Origin: a virus | Length of the DNA stretch: 64,000 nt | Virus record (IMG/VR): IMGVR_UViG_3300042691_008788 | Location: 92,619 to 156,618 of that record | Direction: 5' to 3' (one strand) | Shown: piece after piece, positions 1 to 9,969 of the stretch | Layout: each line of letters starts with the position of its first letter | Numbering within the stretch: position 1 is the stretch's first letter | The notes under the pieces: generated by a model | The model's database searches: none | What the model was told of the DNA's origin: nothing | What the model saw: the letters and a program-made list of their open reading frames with translations, nothing else | Position numbers and translations under genes: made by a program

Positions 1-1710
1 GAAGTTGTTCTTCTTGCTGAATGTAAGCACATCTTGAAACTTATCTACAAGTTGATCAGTCTTGTGCGAAATGACAAACACATTGCATCTCTTACCAAGG
101 GTTCTGATCAGTTTCATAAACTCGTCCATGCCTGTACTATCAAGGCTTGAATCAAACACTTCATCAAGAACCAAGATATTGCAGTTGGTGCTATTCTTCA
201 ATCGTGCGATCTCTCTCCATGCAAGAAGAAGAGAAAGATCGATACGCATCTTTTCTCCTTCGCTGAAAGAAGCATAGGTAAACTCATCCCTATGTCGTGA
301 CTTGATTGTTTCATTGAAACTCTCATCAAGATTGAACTGTACGAAGAAGTCCATACAAGCGAGATAGTGATTGATCAACTTATTCATGATTGGCAAATAG
401 TGCTTGATCACTCTCGTCTTGATTCCGCTATCCTTGAGTATACCCTGTGCTGATGAGAGAAGTTTTTGCTCATCCTGTTTTTCATCGTAGTGCTTCTTGG
501 CATCATCACACTTGTTCTCAAGTTGGTCTAGTGTGTCTTGTTCTGTTTGAAGATTCTGCTGCGATTTTTTGATCTTGTCGGCATCAGAAGATAGACGCTC
601 AATCATTTTCTCTGCTACGGCTAGTTTCTGTCTATGTTCGTTCAATATTGTCTGAAACTTATCGTAGTCCTGTTCCACATTGGTCAACTTATTGTCAGTA
701 ATGAATTTTTCCTCAACCGCTATTCTTTTCTCAACATCAAGAACCGCAATACGCATCTCTTCGCGCTTTGTCTTCTTGCTGTCTATCTCTCTGTTCCTAT
801 GCTGCTCTGTAAGAGGCTGTCCACATGACGGACAAGGAACTTCCTCGGTTGTCATTATCATAGACAACTCCATATCAATGGTGTTCAACTTGTTGTCAAG
901 AGTGGAACGGATCCTCTTCAAGTCTGTGATGGTCTGTTCCTTCTTGCGCTTCAAGTCCCTGTTTTTTGATAGATTACTCAGAGTGTTTCCACCCTTGACA
1001 ACAACAGAAGATAGAGAATCCCGAACTACTTCATTTTTCTTTATCTCTTCATCGATACCTTCAAGGGACGAGCGACTCTTTTCCTCAAGAGCATCAAGAT
1101 ACTTTTTCTGAGTATCCTTCTTGCTCTCAAGAATCTCCATTGTGGTTTCACAGGTGCGAAGGTCTTCCTTGTTGGAGGAGACTCTGTCCTTCAAAACAGT
1201 ATTCATTGAAGAAAATACGCTGATGTCAAGCAAAGACTCAACGATGGCGCGTCGGTCTGCGGCGGGTAGACGCATGAAAGGCACATAGTTGGTAGATCCA
1301 AGAATGACAACTTGACAGAATGCCTTGTATGACATCTTGAGAATCTGTTCCTCAAGCATCTTCTGATAGTCCTTGGACTTGGAGTCCTGATCTATCATCT
1401 TGTCATCTTTATGGATCTCAAATAACTTTGGAGCAAGTCCTCGTCGGATAAGATACTTCGTGCCACCGATCTTAAAGATGCATTCAACCACACAGTCCTT
1501 GGTGTTGATGCTGTTGGCGAGTTGCGGAATGTTTATGTTGCGGAACGGCTTGCCGAATAGACAGAAGGTCAAGGCATCAAGGAAAGTCGTCTTTCCCGCA
1601 CCATTTTCTCCACAGATCAGAGTCATCTCTGACTTGTCGAGTTTTAGTTCAGTCCAATAGTTACCGTATGAAAGAAAGTTCTTCCAGCGAATGGATTCAA
1701 AGACGATCAT
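1..1710 (-). CDS. gp46: Recombination endonuclease ATPase subunit (Rad50/SbcC-like); 3' end runs off the window
   Basis: Absent from the ORF track because it has no stop in the window. Manual translation from ATG at 1710 gives MIVFESIRWKNFLSYGN...GENGAGKTTFLDALTFCLFGKPFRNIN (Walker A), a CPSCGQ zinc hook, SFSEGEKMRIDL (signature) and LVLDEVFDSSLD (Walker B). GGAG SD upstream. Confidence 0.96.
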   Translation of the reverse strand, partial: MIVFESIRWKNFLSYGNYWTELKLDKSEMTLICGENGAGKTTFLDALTFCLFGKPFRNINIPQLANSINTKDCVVECIFKIGGTKYLIRRGLAPKLFEIHKDDKMIDQDSKSKDYQKMLEEQILKMSYKAFCQVVILGSTNYVPFMRLPAADRRAIVESLLDISVFSSMNTVLKDRVSSNKEDLRTCETTMEILESKKDTQKKYLDALEEKSRSSLEGIDEEIKKNEVVRDSLSSVVVKGGNTLSNLSKNRDLKRKKEQTITDLKRIRSTLDNKLNTIDMELSMIMTTEEVPCPSCGQPLTEQHRNREIDSKKTKREEMRIAVLDVEKRIAVEEKFITDNKLTNVEQDYDKFQTILNEHRQKLAVAEKMIERLSSDADKIKKSQQNLQTEQDTLDQLENKCDDAKKHYDEKQDEQKLLSSAQGILKDSGIKTRVIKHYLPIMNKLINHYLACMDFFVQFNLDESFNETIKSRHRDEFTYASFSEGEKMRIDLSLLLAWREIARLKNSTNCNILVLDEVFDSSLDSTGMDEFMKLIRTLGKRCNVFVISHKTDQLVDKFQDVLTFSKKNNF

Positions 1711-1725
1711 TGGTCACTCCACCTG

Positions 1726-1732
1726 TATTTAT
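1726..1732 (-). promoter_or_regulatory. T4-type late promoter (ATAAATA) upstream of gp46
   Basis: Minus strand reads GATAAATA, ending 15 nt before the gp46 ATG; resembles the T4 gp55 promoter TATAAATA. Confidence 0.55.
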
Positions 1733-2223
1733 CGGGTGGACTCTAGATCAAGGTAAGGATTTTTTGAAGAAAACCAAAGAGGAGTTGTGCTATTCTTCCA
1801 AGCCGCAAATCGCGACTTTTCTCCGATGTAATACTTTCTATATGCTACCACAGCATCAACATCCTTGTATTGTTCTGGCATTGCCTGTGCAAAAGGAGTC
1901 AGTTCCTTGATTGGAATATTTGGTGGGTAGTTGGCATGACACCACCGAATGATGTCTTCGCTCTTATGAATCTTGCCATATCTCTTTGTGTATTCGTCAC
2001 ATAGAGCAAGACCATGCAGACACAGCCAATTGTAGTTGGCTATGCTTGCTGATGCCCACAGAGTGCATGGATGCTTTCTATGGGTTGGTTTGTATGTCGC
2101 AGTCCCCTCTGGGTGTGCAGAACAAAGCATCTGCGCTGTTTCCAAAATCATCTTGACAATATGCTTATCGCACATGTCTTGTGCTGCCTTGCGTGGATTG
2201 CTGTTTACTACAAAGATGTTCAT
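1729..2223 (-). CDS. Pyrimidine-dimer DNA glycosylase (endonuclease V/DenV-like family)
   Basis: MNIF...AAQDMCDKHIVKMILETAQML, HPCTLW, EYTKRYGKIHKS, FAQAMP and AYRKYY motifs match this phage/bacterial family. Confidence 0.75.
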   Translation of the reverse strand: MNIFVVNSNPRKAAQDMCDKHIVKMILETAQMLCSAHPEGTATYKPTHRKHPCTLWASASIANYNWLCLHGLALCDEYTKRYGKIHKSEDIIRWCHANYPPNIPIKELTPFAQAMPEQYKDVDAVVAYRKYYIGEKSRFAAWKNSTTPLWFSSKNPYLDLESTR

Positions 2224-2229
2224 GGCGAG

Positions 2230-2258
2230 AGCATAACCTAATAAGTGAGTGGTGTCAA
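2230..2258 (-). promoter_or_regulatory. sigma70-type promoter, probably giving a leaderless mRNA
   Basis: Minus strand: TTGACA-17 nt-TATGCT-ctcgcc-ATG(2223); no SD. Confidence 0.75.
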
Positions 2259-5200
2259 CTATGAGTAGATCGGAATATTTTCAAAGGCTATGTCTGCAAA
2301 CTGCGGTAGGCTTTGCTTGATTGCCTGTAGACCAGATGAAGAAAGTTTGAAGTCTTTGTTTCCATAATTTAAGAACCATCCAGATCCTCCAGCCACACTT
2401 GCAAAAGTTATACCACCAATAGTAAACCCACCATAAAGAGTTCCACTTGCAGAATATACCTTCTCAAAGAAAGCATATGTTGCCCCCGTTGTCGTACCTA
2501 TACAAACATTGTTGTTTGCTATCACAAGATTAGATGGATTGTTTATCTGAGATAGATTTAGTTGAATGTTTGTTCCATCAAAAGACATTATGCTGGTTAG
2601 ATGAGGATATTGACTCACCCAAGGCAAATTTCTGATGTCAACCTTGTTGTATAAACCGAAATAATCGCTATTACCTTGCTGCATGGTGGCTTCACCATAA
2701 TTTGTTTCATAGTACGAGTACGGAGTATATCCATATCTACGATCCGTTGTTGGAATTGTACTAGACCTTTCAAGCCACTCATCTCCATCAATGTTAAATG
2801 TGGAATACTTGAGTCCATTTGCTTTCCATAGACTGTTCCAGTTTCCTTCATTGAATTTCACAAATGTTGATGGTCTAGTACATTCTATGAAAATATTGTT
2901 ATTGATTTTGATGTTTGTTCCGCCGATGAAGATGGCGTTGTCAACATCAGACATTGTGCTACCGCATCGATAGAACACATTTCTTATGATGTTGTCGCCA
3001 CCACCGCTGTAATCGAAATATATTGCACAAGCATTGTGTAGAGAATCAACTCCGCATATTCCATAATAAGGTCCACCTGGCAAGCGGGATCCGATGTTGT
3101 TAAAGAAGTTTCCACGAATGACATTTCCCACATGAGATGGGTCTGCATACTTGTAGACAGCACCCATGTCATCGTTGTAGAAATTTAGATTTGTGAAGTT
3201 GTTTGACTCTATTATATTGTTGTTACCAGAGTAGTCTATTCCCTTTCCATTTCCATCAGCAATCAATGTCTTTTGTATGATGTTTCCGACACCAGACATT
3301 TGAATTGCAGCACCGTTTGAACTGGAAAGTCTACCGAAAGACTTTATAACACAGTTGCTTACTACATTGCCAGATCCCGATAGTGTTTGTCTATTTCCAC
3401 CAGTTAGAATTATTCCCTTGAGTCCAATGTTTCTTATATCGCAATTATCAACCGTGGCGGTAGTTCCATCAAGAATGACAACGCCATTTTTTCTCATATT
3501 CCGAATCTTGCAATTTTTCACCACTACATTGTTGCACTGATTTATCTCAACCGCAGAACCAGAGCATGTATCAAATATCAAACCATCTATAACAATATTG
3601 TCACTTCTGTATAGTTTGAACAAAGATGCCAATGTATCTCGCGTGTTACTCGGATCCTTTGTTTGTATAACCTTAGATGCATCATATTCAGGTGTTCCAT
3701 CGCTCCAATCAACACCACTAGATGTTCTTGAAGAGGACACCCGAATCTTTGTTCCAGAAGTTATTCCAACTGGAGGTATAAAATACAGAGTATCTGATAG
3801 ACCAGAGGTGAGAGAACCAGAGTTCAATCTGTTTCTGCTGATGTAATACTCACCAGCAGTGTCGAGTTCTTCAGGGACATTAAGAGCAAACCATCTTCTT
3901 GGTGAGGGATTTGCTGGAACATATGATGTACATGATGTAACGCCAGCGATTCCATATGCCGAATCAGACGAGCGAACCGTGATATTTCTTGTTGCTGTGT
4001 TTATAGAATCGATTCTATAGGCTTCATCATTCCAATCAAATCGCCAGAAGCCATGAACATAGATGTCACTGTTTGGCCCAACTCTATCAGACCATCTTGT
4101 TATTCCACTATAGTCTATTCCATAGCACACACCAGAAGGATATCTAAACACCCCGAAAGTAAATCCTGGTGATGTAAAGGCAGATCCAGAACCAGATTCA
4201 ATAACGCTTTCGATTATTGCACTTGAATCAAAACTAAATTCCGATGATTCCGCTCCAGTTGCTATGCTTGGGAATCTTGCTAGTGTGAGTGGTTCACCAT
4301 TGAATGATATTTCAGGAAGTGTTGGTATGTCTTTGAAGCCAAGTCTTCTTCCGTTATAGACATCAACAGTAACACCAGCAATAGGATATATTGGCTGTGT
4401 ATATCTTATGTTTCCGAAAACGCCGACATCTATCATGCCGAAACCATTTCCATCATTCAAGTTGACCTTGTATATGCTTCCGCGAACAGATGGCTTGAAC
4501 CTTTCGTACATAGGATCAGCACTGTTTATCAAGGTCACACCAGCAACATCTAGAGTCTTTGCACCAGTGATTATTACTGAATCTTGTTGAGTAGCACGAA
4601 TCGTCAATGGTTTGTCCGCTTCGCCACTGTGAGTAGAATTAAATTCCACAGTTTCCCCAAACAACTCGTAAACACCAGGCATCATATCAATAATGATTGG
4701 CAAAGTACCAGTATAGGATGCAGCAATATTCAACGCTCTTCCTATTGTTTGAACTGGCGACGAAACACCATCAGAGGCATCATCTCCGCTCATGGAAGAA
4801 ACACTTATTGTGTAGTAATCTGGAGTTGCATTAAACTGGCTTTGATATACAGGAACGCCATAGGATGCAGGAGCCTCCAACCAAACTCCTCTCTCACCAG
4901 ATGCAATTGCAATAGTATCAGGAAGATTTGGTTGACTTGTTCCTTGCTTTACAAACACATTCTTTCCTGCTGGTGCCGTGAGTCTCCATAGTCTCTTATT
5001 TGGATCGTTTGTATATGCACCACTTACAAGTATATTTGTACCAGCCTGATGCAGATCGATTCTGTCCACAAGACCCGAGGTAGAACCAGTAGAGTCACAA
5101 GGAGCAGCAACCTTATTTCCACTTATTTCTCTCCATTCTACAAGTGCAGAATTTACTCTACTTAGATCTTTACCAGCAGGGTCTCTTGTATTGAATACGA

Positions 5201-8200
5201 TAAACTGATTTGTTCCAGCAAGACAACTGTGGAAAATATCTTCTTTATAGTATTCTTCAGAAAGTGGTCCCGTGAATCCAACAGAATTGTTGAAGACATT
5301 ATGTGGACCAGAAATTATAAGGAAATTCAATCCCTCTGATGGTGCCTGTGGCCTTGATCTCAGAATTGCTCTTACTTTCTTTTGATTGTGTATCAATCCT
5401 TGATATGCCTTATTTCCAAATGTTATTCCTCCCTCTGATACAGGGTGAAATCCAAATCTTTTTCCAAACCTAATAGATTCATCAGATGACACAGATGGAG
5501 GATATCCATAATCTCTTATGAGATAATCTGCCATTTCAGCATACAAGTGATGTGAATGTCCATAGCCAGGAAGTTTTATTGCTACCCTAGACAATCCACC
5601 TGGGTCAACACCATATCTTGCTTCTGCTGGTGTCATTTCATGTACTTCAGATGAAGTCACTATAGTGTTCTGAAATCCAGGAGTTTCTCTCAATGAATCT
5701 CCTATTATCTTTGATTTCAAATCACCTTGTGTAAACACATAAAGTGCTGTAGACCAAGCAAATGCAGTTTGTCTAGTTTCATCACTTTGATATGCATTTT
5801 TGAAGTCTTGTCTGCTTGCCACATTCGTGAAGTAAGACAATAATGCTTCGGCACTTGCTCCACAAGCACCAGCAAATCCATTTGGATCCATATAGGTCAA
5901 TCCATCATACCAATGCTTAAACTCCTGAGCAAATGTTCTATTTGTAATGCTTGATGTGATACCATTGAATCTGGCATCGTTCACTATTGCATATGTCTGA
6001 CGAGCATCTGGTATAACTTTGAAGCCATTGTTTGGATCATTTGCCCAATTCAATAGTGCTGCTGTGCTTCCAAGATCTGTTCTTGACAAATAAGGACCAG
6101 CAACTGCAAACTGATCTCCCCATGCTTCTGAATCATCGTGAAGATATTTGAATAACATTTCATCATTTTTGGCTTGACTCAAGAAGTTCAAGAATGACTG
6201 TTTTGCTACAGATCTATTTTCATATGCCCATGGAGTCAAGAACCTGATTGGGTTTGTGTCTGTAAATGCACCCCATGTTCCGCCAAACTCTGTACTTAGG
6301 AATGTGAGTCCACCAGCGGCACCAGTGTATGTCGTTCCATCTGTAAGTTTCTTAAAGTAATAGTGTGGTTCACGATGGAATCCAGGAGGTCCATCAAGAA
6401 GCCAGTACTGTGGTTTAAGCATTCTTCTTTCATATGGTATCTGAGCAGCCAATCTCTTATGTGCGCCAAAAATGTCCGAATATGTGTCTGAAGTAAATGT
6501 CATTCCCGCAGTTGAACCTGGTCCATCTCTATATCTGAAATAGTTCAAATCTACACCAGGTGTATTATCAACATGAAGCATTGGGACTATAGAAGGATAA
6601 AGCGATTGACCGTCTGGTCCTGTTGCTGCTGGTGTCCACGAAACTCCCCATACCGCAAAATCCAATGCTCTAAAGAATCCAGTTCTTGAAGTGTCGGGAG
6701 GATCAATCAATCCGTTTACAAGTTCTTCATGTAGTTCGTTGAAGTACAACGAATCAAGACCAGTTGTAATCCCACCTTTCATGCAAGCATACAGCAACTC
6801 AAACTCGGATGTCCTCGCAAACCCAGTCCAGAAATTCTGTGGTGGTTTTGTTGGTGTCTTTCTATTTGGAAATGGGAAGTTTGAAACAACTGCCGCATTT
6901 CCAATCATTTCCATATTTGGTCTAAACTTATTGTTTAGTGTCTTGTCAAACCATCCAGACTTATTGAGATGATTGTAATAACCAACGCCATCATGGAAGT
7001 AATCAACTATACTCATGTTGAGTGCCAACATGGTTGGATACAAATAGAACAATCTAAATCGTCTGTCGTTTATCCATGGTACTTGTTGTTCGAAATCTCC
7101 ATTAAATATTGTTCCAGTTACACCTTTCCATGAGATATCACCGTTGTTTTCCACCTCTGTGAAAACATTGTAAAAGAATGGATACGCACTCATCACTGAT
7201 TTGTTGCTATCAGAGGAATCTTCTGGTGTGCATACTGCCATTATCTCGCCAAGTTCACTTGTTCCACAGATACCCATACCCCAAATCGAATTAGAATAGG
7301 TAAGACCCCATTTTCTCTGTCCAAGCAACATGTCATGACCTGATGTAAACAAGTCGTTGGCTTTGTCGCTATCCAAACACCAGTGTCTTGGATTTGTGTC
7401 TCCATTGAATCTTCTCTGATCATTTCGCGTTGGATCAATTAGCCCAACATCATCCTTGAACATGTATTGAGCAAATCGCTCAACACCAAGAACAACACCA
7501 CCAGTTGCATCTGGACCAGAGTCACCGAATGTATAGTTGTATTGATCCCTTGCCCATTCTACTGGAATATTCTCGACATAACTTGCACCAGAACTTGCGA
7601 TGTTTGTCCACAAGGTATAACCAGGTGCTTGCCATTGATGGAATGTTCTTTCTATAACTGCACTTGCATCCATGATGACATGTGCAAATCCATCATTTGG
7701 TGACTTGAATTTTTCCTTCCAATGTGATACTGATGCATCAAGTCTCCACTTGAAGTAATCTTTATTTCCTTCTACTGTTGGATCTTTGTAAAGACCAAAA
7801 GGAATACGCATCTCAAAGCCAGTTCCATATGGAAGGCATCCAAGATAAGCGATGAACTCCATTGAGTTTCCCCATGCTGCGGACAAATCATTCAAGGATT
7901 GGAGAAGTCTGTTGCCGTAACCATAGGAGATGCCAACAACATCAGTCATCGGAGGTTTGAAAGTAAGTTCCGTCAAGTCTTGTGGACTATCGGGAAAAGT
8001 CATTCCATTGAATAGAATCAGAGTTTCATAAGCAAAGCAAAGTCCCGCTCTTTCGTTTACTTGCCCCCACCAAGTTGAATAAGTCAGTGCTTCGGGATAT
8101 CGAATCCACGGAGAACCAACCAGCACTTGATCAGCAGAGTATCCACCACCAGTTCTTCCGTAATCATTAAATCTAACTCGCGATACTAAACCAGCAGGAA

Positions 8201-9077
8201 AACAGAGTCCGCTATACGCTGTATTCAAGTTTGCATCAGTAACACCATTCACAATAACACCAAGTTCTGCTGATCTTCCACCAAACACATCTACATTCAA
8301 CAGATCGCTAACTGTTGTGTTTTCCCGTAATAGCAAATACATGTCAAACTGAAATGATTCAGCCGTATATCTGTCGGACAACCAAGGATATCTTCTCCAG
8401 TTGCCAACGAGTGAATTCATCGGACTGGAAAAGTTTCCGTATGGACTATGGATTACAGAACGACGAATACAGTTGTCATAGTTTGCACTTAAGCCCATGT
8501 ATAGTTGCGACGGGAGAGAGTTGCCAGGATACCAATCAAACTTTGGATGATAACCAAAGAAAGCGTTGCCACCATCAAACAAGAAATCCTGTGCATATAT
8601 TCCATTCAAATTATACTGAACAAATTTATTCGACGCTCTCTGTGGACTTCTTGCTCTATCAAACTTTTTGTATGCAGTTCTAACAGCAGATGCAAAATCC
8701 CTTGGGTGAGTCAATATATCAAACCAACCATCATCACCATTTGTAGTATAGTTGAACGATGCCTCAACAGTTCCACCCAGTATTAGCGGGTTGACAGGAG
8801 CAGATATTCCAAGCAATTCCATGGTTGCTGCTTTACCTAAATCAGCAGTAGCAGCAGACCAACCTGGCTCGTATCTATTGATCAAATAATTGAATACACG
8901 ATTAAACTTTTCCTGAAACTCTGGATCTGGTGGAGTTGTTATAATCGTGGGAAAATCACTTGGTGGTCTTGTGCCTTGATCGTTGAATGCGGACTCAAAA
9001 GGATTAACGCCAGAAAACTTTGCGTTTATCAACTTTACCTTGTAGTTGTTCAATACCCGTATATTAGTTATTCTCAT
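2259..9077 (-). CDS. Giant 2272-aa multi-domain protein with a C-terminal right-handed parallel beta-helix (pectin-lyase fold, GH141-like); probable virion-associated glycan depolymerase
   Basis: From aa ~1418: GDDASDG..PVQTIGRAL, PGVYEL, LTLARFP, YVHGFWRFDWND, EELDTAGEYY, then beta-helix rungs (NVVVKNCKIRN, GNVVSNCVIK, NNIIESNNF, DMGAVY, AIYFD). The N-terminal two-thirds is aromatic-rich and globular-looking but unassigned. Confidence 0.7.
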   Translation of the reverse strand: MRITNIRVLNNYKVKLINAKFSGVNPFESAFNDQGTRPPSDFPTIITTPPDPEFQEKFNRVFNYLINRYEPGWSAATADLGKAATMELLGISAPVNPLILGGTVEASFNYTTNGDDGWFDILTHPRDFASAVRTAYKKFDRARSPQRASNKFVQYNLNGIYAQDFLFDGGNAFFGYHPKFDWYPGNSLPSQLYMGLSANYDNCIRRSVIHSPYGNFSSPMNSLVGNWRRYPWLSDRYTAESFQFDMYLLLRENTTVSDLLNVDVFGGRSAELGVIVNGVTDANLNTAYSGLCFPAGLVSRVRFNDYGRTGGGYSADQVLVGSPWIRYPEALTYSTWWGQVNERAGLCFAYETLILFNGMTFPDSPQDLTELTFKPPMTDVVGISYGYGNRLLQSLNDLSAAWGNSMEFIAYLGCLPYGTGFEMRIPFGLYKDPTVEGNKDYFKWRLDASVSHWKEKFKSPNDGFAHVIMDASAVIERTFHQWQAPGYTLWTNIASSGASYVENIPVEWARDQYNYTFGDSGPDATGGVVLGVERFAQYMFKDDVGLIDPTRNDQRRFNGDTNPRHWCLDSDKANDLFTSGHDMLLGQRKWGLTYSNSIWGMGICGTSELGEIMAVCTPEDSSDSNKSVMSAYPFFYNVFTEVENNGDISWKGVTGTIFNGDFEQQVPWINDRRFRLFYLYPTMLALNMSIVDYFHDGVGYYNHLNKSGWFDKTLNNKFRPNMEMIGNAAVVSNFPFPNRKTPTKPPQNFWTGFARTSEFELLYACMKGGITTGLDSLYFNELHEELVNGLIDPPDTSRTGFFRALDFAVWGVSWTPAATGPDGQSLYPSIVPMLHVDNTPGVDLNYFRYRDGPGSTAGMTFTSDTYSDIFGAHKRLAAQIPYERRMLKPQYWLLDGPPGFHREPHYYFKKLTDGTTYTGAAGGLTFLSTEFGGTWGAFTDTNPIRFLTPWAYENRSVAKQSFLNFLSQAKNDEMLFKYLHDDSEAWGDQFAVAGPYLSRTDLGSTAALLNWANDPNNGFKVIPDARQTYAIVNDARFNGITSSITNRTFAQEFKHWYDGLTYMDPNGFAGACGASAEALLSYFTNVASRQDFKNAYQSDETRQTAFAWSTALYVFTQGDLKSKIIGDSLRETPGFQNTIVTSSEVHEMTPAEARYGVDPGGLSRVAIKLPGYGHSHHLYAEMADYLIRDYGYPPSVSSDESIRFGKRFGFHPVSEGGITFGNKAYQGLIHNQKKVRAILRSRPQAPSEGLNFLIISGPHNVFNNSVGFTGPLSEEYYKEDIFHSCLAGTNQFIVFNTRDPAGKDLSRVNSALVEWREISGNKVAAPCDSTGSTSGLVDRIDLHQAGTNILVSGAYTNDPNKRLWRLTAPAGKNVFVKQGTSQPNLPDTIAIASGERGVWLEAPASYGVPVYQSQFNATPDYYTISVSSMSGDDASDGVSSPVQTIGRALNIAASYTGTLPIIIDMMPGVYELFGETVEFNSTHSGEADKPLTIRATQQDSVIITGAKTLDVAGVTLINSADPMYERFKPSVRGSIYKVNLNDGNGFGMIDVGVFGNIRYTQPIYPIAGVTVDVYNGRRLGFKDIPTLPEISFNGEPLTLARFPSIATGAESSEFSFDSSAIIESVIESGSGSAFTSPGFTFGVFRYPSGVCYGIDYSGITRWSDRVGPNSDIYVHGFWRFDWNDEAYRIDSINTATRNITVRSSDSAYGIAGVTSCTSYVPANPSPRRWFALNVPEELDTAGEYYISRNRLNSGSLTSGLSDTLYFIPPVGITSGTKIRVSSSRTSSGVDWSDGTPEYDASKVIQTKDPSNTRDTLASLFKLYRSDNIVIDGLIFDTCSGSAVEINQCNNVVVKNCKIRNMRKNGVVILDGTTATVDNCDIRNIGLKGIILTGGNRQTLSGSGNVVSNCVIKSFGRLSSSNGAAIQMSGVGNIIQKTLIADGNGKGIDYSGNNNIIESNNFTNLNFYNDDMGAVYKYADPSHVGNVIRGNFFNNIGSRLPGGPYYGICGVDSLHNACAIYFDYSGGGDNIIRNVFYRCGSTMSDVDNAIFIGGTNIKINNNIFIECTRPSTFVKFNEGNWNSLWKANGLKYSTFNIDGDEWLERSSTIPTTDRRYGYTPYSYYETNYGEATMQQGNSDYFGLYNKVDIRNLPWVSQYPHLTSIMSFDGTNIQLNLSQINNPSNLVIANNNVCIGTTTGATYAFFEKVYSASGTLYGGFTIGGITFASVAGGSGWFLNYGNKDFKLSSSGLQAIKQSLPQFADIAFENIPIYS

Positions 9078-9523
9078 GTAGTTGACTCCGCTTCAATCTC
9101 AAACTTACCCGCCATCAACTTGCTGACTATCTCTCCACCATCAACCAACTGTACAAGTTCAACATCATAAAAATAACGACCAGCCTTAAAAGTCGTTGTT
9201 GTATCCGAACTTATCACCATACGCATGAAACCCGTATTACCACCAAGGAAAAATATCCCATCCTGTACAAAGCCCTGTGTGCTTCCAGGCTGAAATACTT
9301 GAGTGGCTGTGCTTCCAAGTGTGAATAAAACGGGATCTCTGTACTTAGACTTCTTGATCTTCATTCTTGCTCTGTAATCATCTAATGAGTAGACAAGTGT
9401 ACCGAACTCATTTATAGATGAGTTTAATATAGACAATGGCTGAAGATCATCTGTAAAAACTTGAAATTCAAGAACGAAAGTAGAACCTTGCTCAAGTGAA
9501 AGATCGTTGTTTAGTGCTGGCAT
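9074..9523 (-). CDS. Beta-sandwich adaptor-like structural protein (BppU/LtfC-like), paralogue 2
   Basis: DLSLEQGSTFVLEF, ARMKIKKS and GRYFYDVEL...LMAGKFEIEAE motifs; ATGA overlap with the giant gene. Confidence 0.6.
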   Translation of the reverse strand: MPALNNDLSLEQGSTFVLEFQVFTDDLQPLSILNSSINEFGTLVYSLDDYRARMKIKKSKYRDPVLFTLGSTATQVFQPGSTQGFVQDGIFFLGGNTGFMRMVISSDTTTTFKAGRYFYDVELVQLVDGGEIVSKLMAGKFEIEAESTT

Positions 9524-9969
9524 CAGTTAGTTACCTCCGCTTGAACATCTAATCTTCCGCTTAATGCTTTTGTAACTTCAACTCCACCACTTGTCTTTGT
9601 ATCTACAACTTCTATGTCATAGAAATATTTTCCATGCTTCAATGCAGCAGTTGTCGTGGATGATATAATGAACTTCACTCTACCTTGATTTTCAGCATCA
9701 AAATAGAACCCATCTATGGTATTGCCTTCAGTTGATTCTGTATTTGCTTGCAAAACACTGTTTGCAGTTATACCAAGAACTGCTGCCGCTGTCCCATACT
9801 TGCTCTTCTTTACCTTCATTCGCAATGAAATATTAGCGGCAGATGAGGTGGCTGTATATTGATTTGTCGTGGTGGTTGTTAGTGTACTGTTATCATCATT
9901 TCTGAGATCAAACTGTAACACAAAGGTTGAACCTTGCTCAACAATAAAATCCTGATCAACAAGTGCCAT
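9523..9969 (-). CDS. Beta-sandwich adaptor-like structural protein (BppU/LtfC-like), paralogue 1
   Basis: DFIVEQGSTFVLQF, LRMKVKKSKY and GKYFYDIEV...ALSGRLDVQAEVT; colinear with 9074..9523. Confidence 0.6.
   Translation of the reverse strand: MALVDQDFIVEQGSTFVLQFDLRNDDNSTLTTTTTNQYTATSSAANISLRMKVKKSKYGTAAAVLGITANSVLQANTESTEGNTIDGFYFDAENQGRVKFIISSTTTAALKHGKYFYDIEVVDTKTSGGVEVTKALSGRLDVQAEVTN

Noticed and set aside
62-1910. Plus-strand ORFs (71-143 aa) at the left end
   Set aside because: They are antisense shadows of gp46 and the glycosylase gene, with no motifs of their own.
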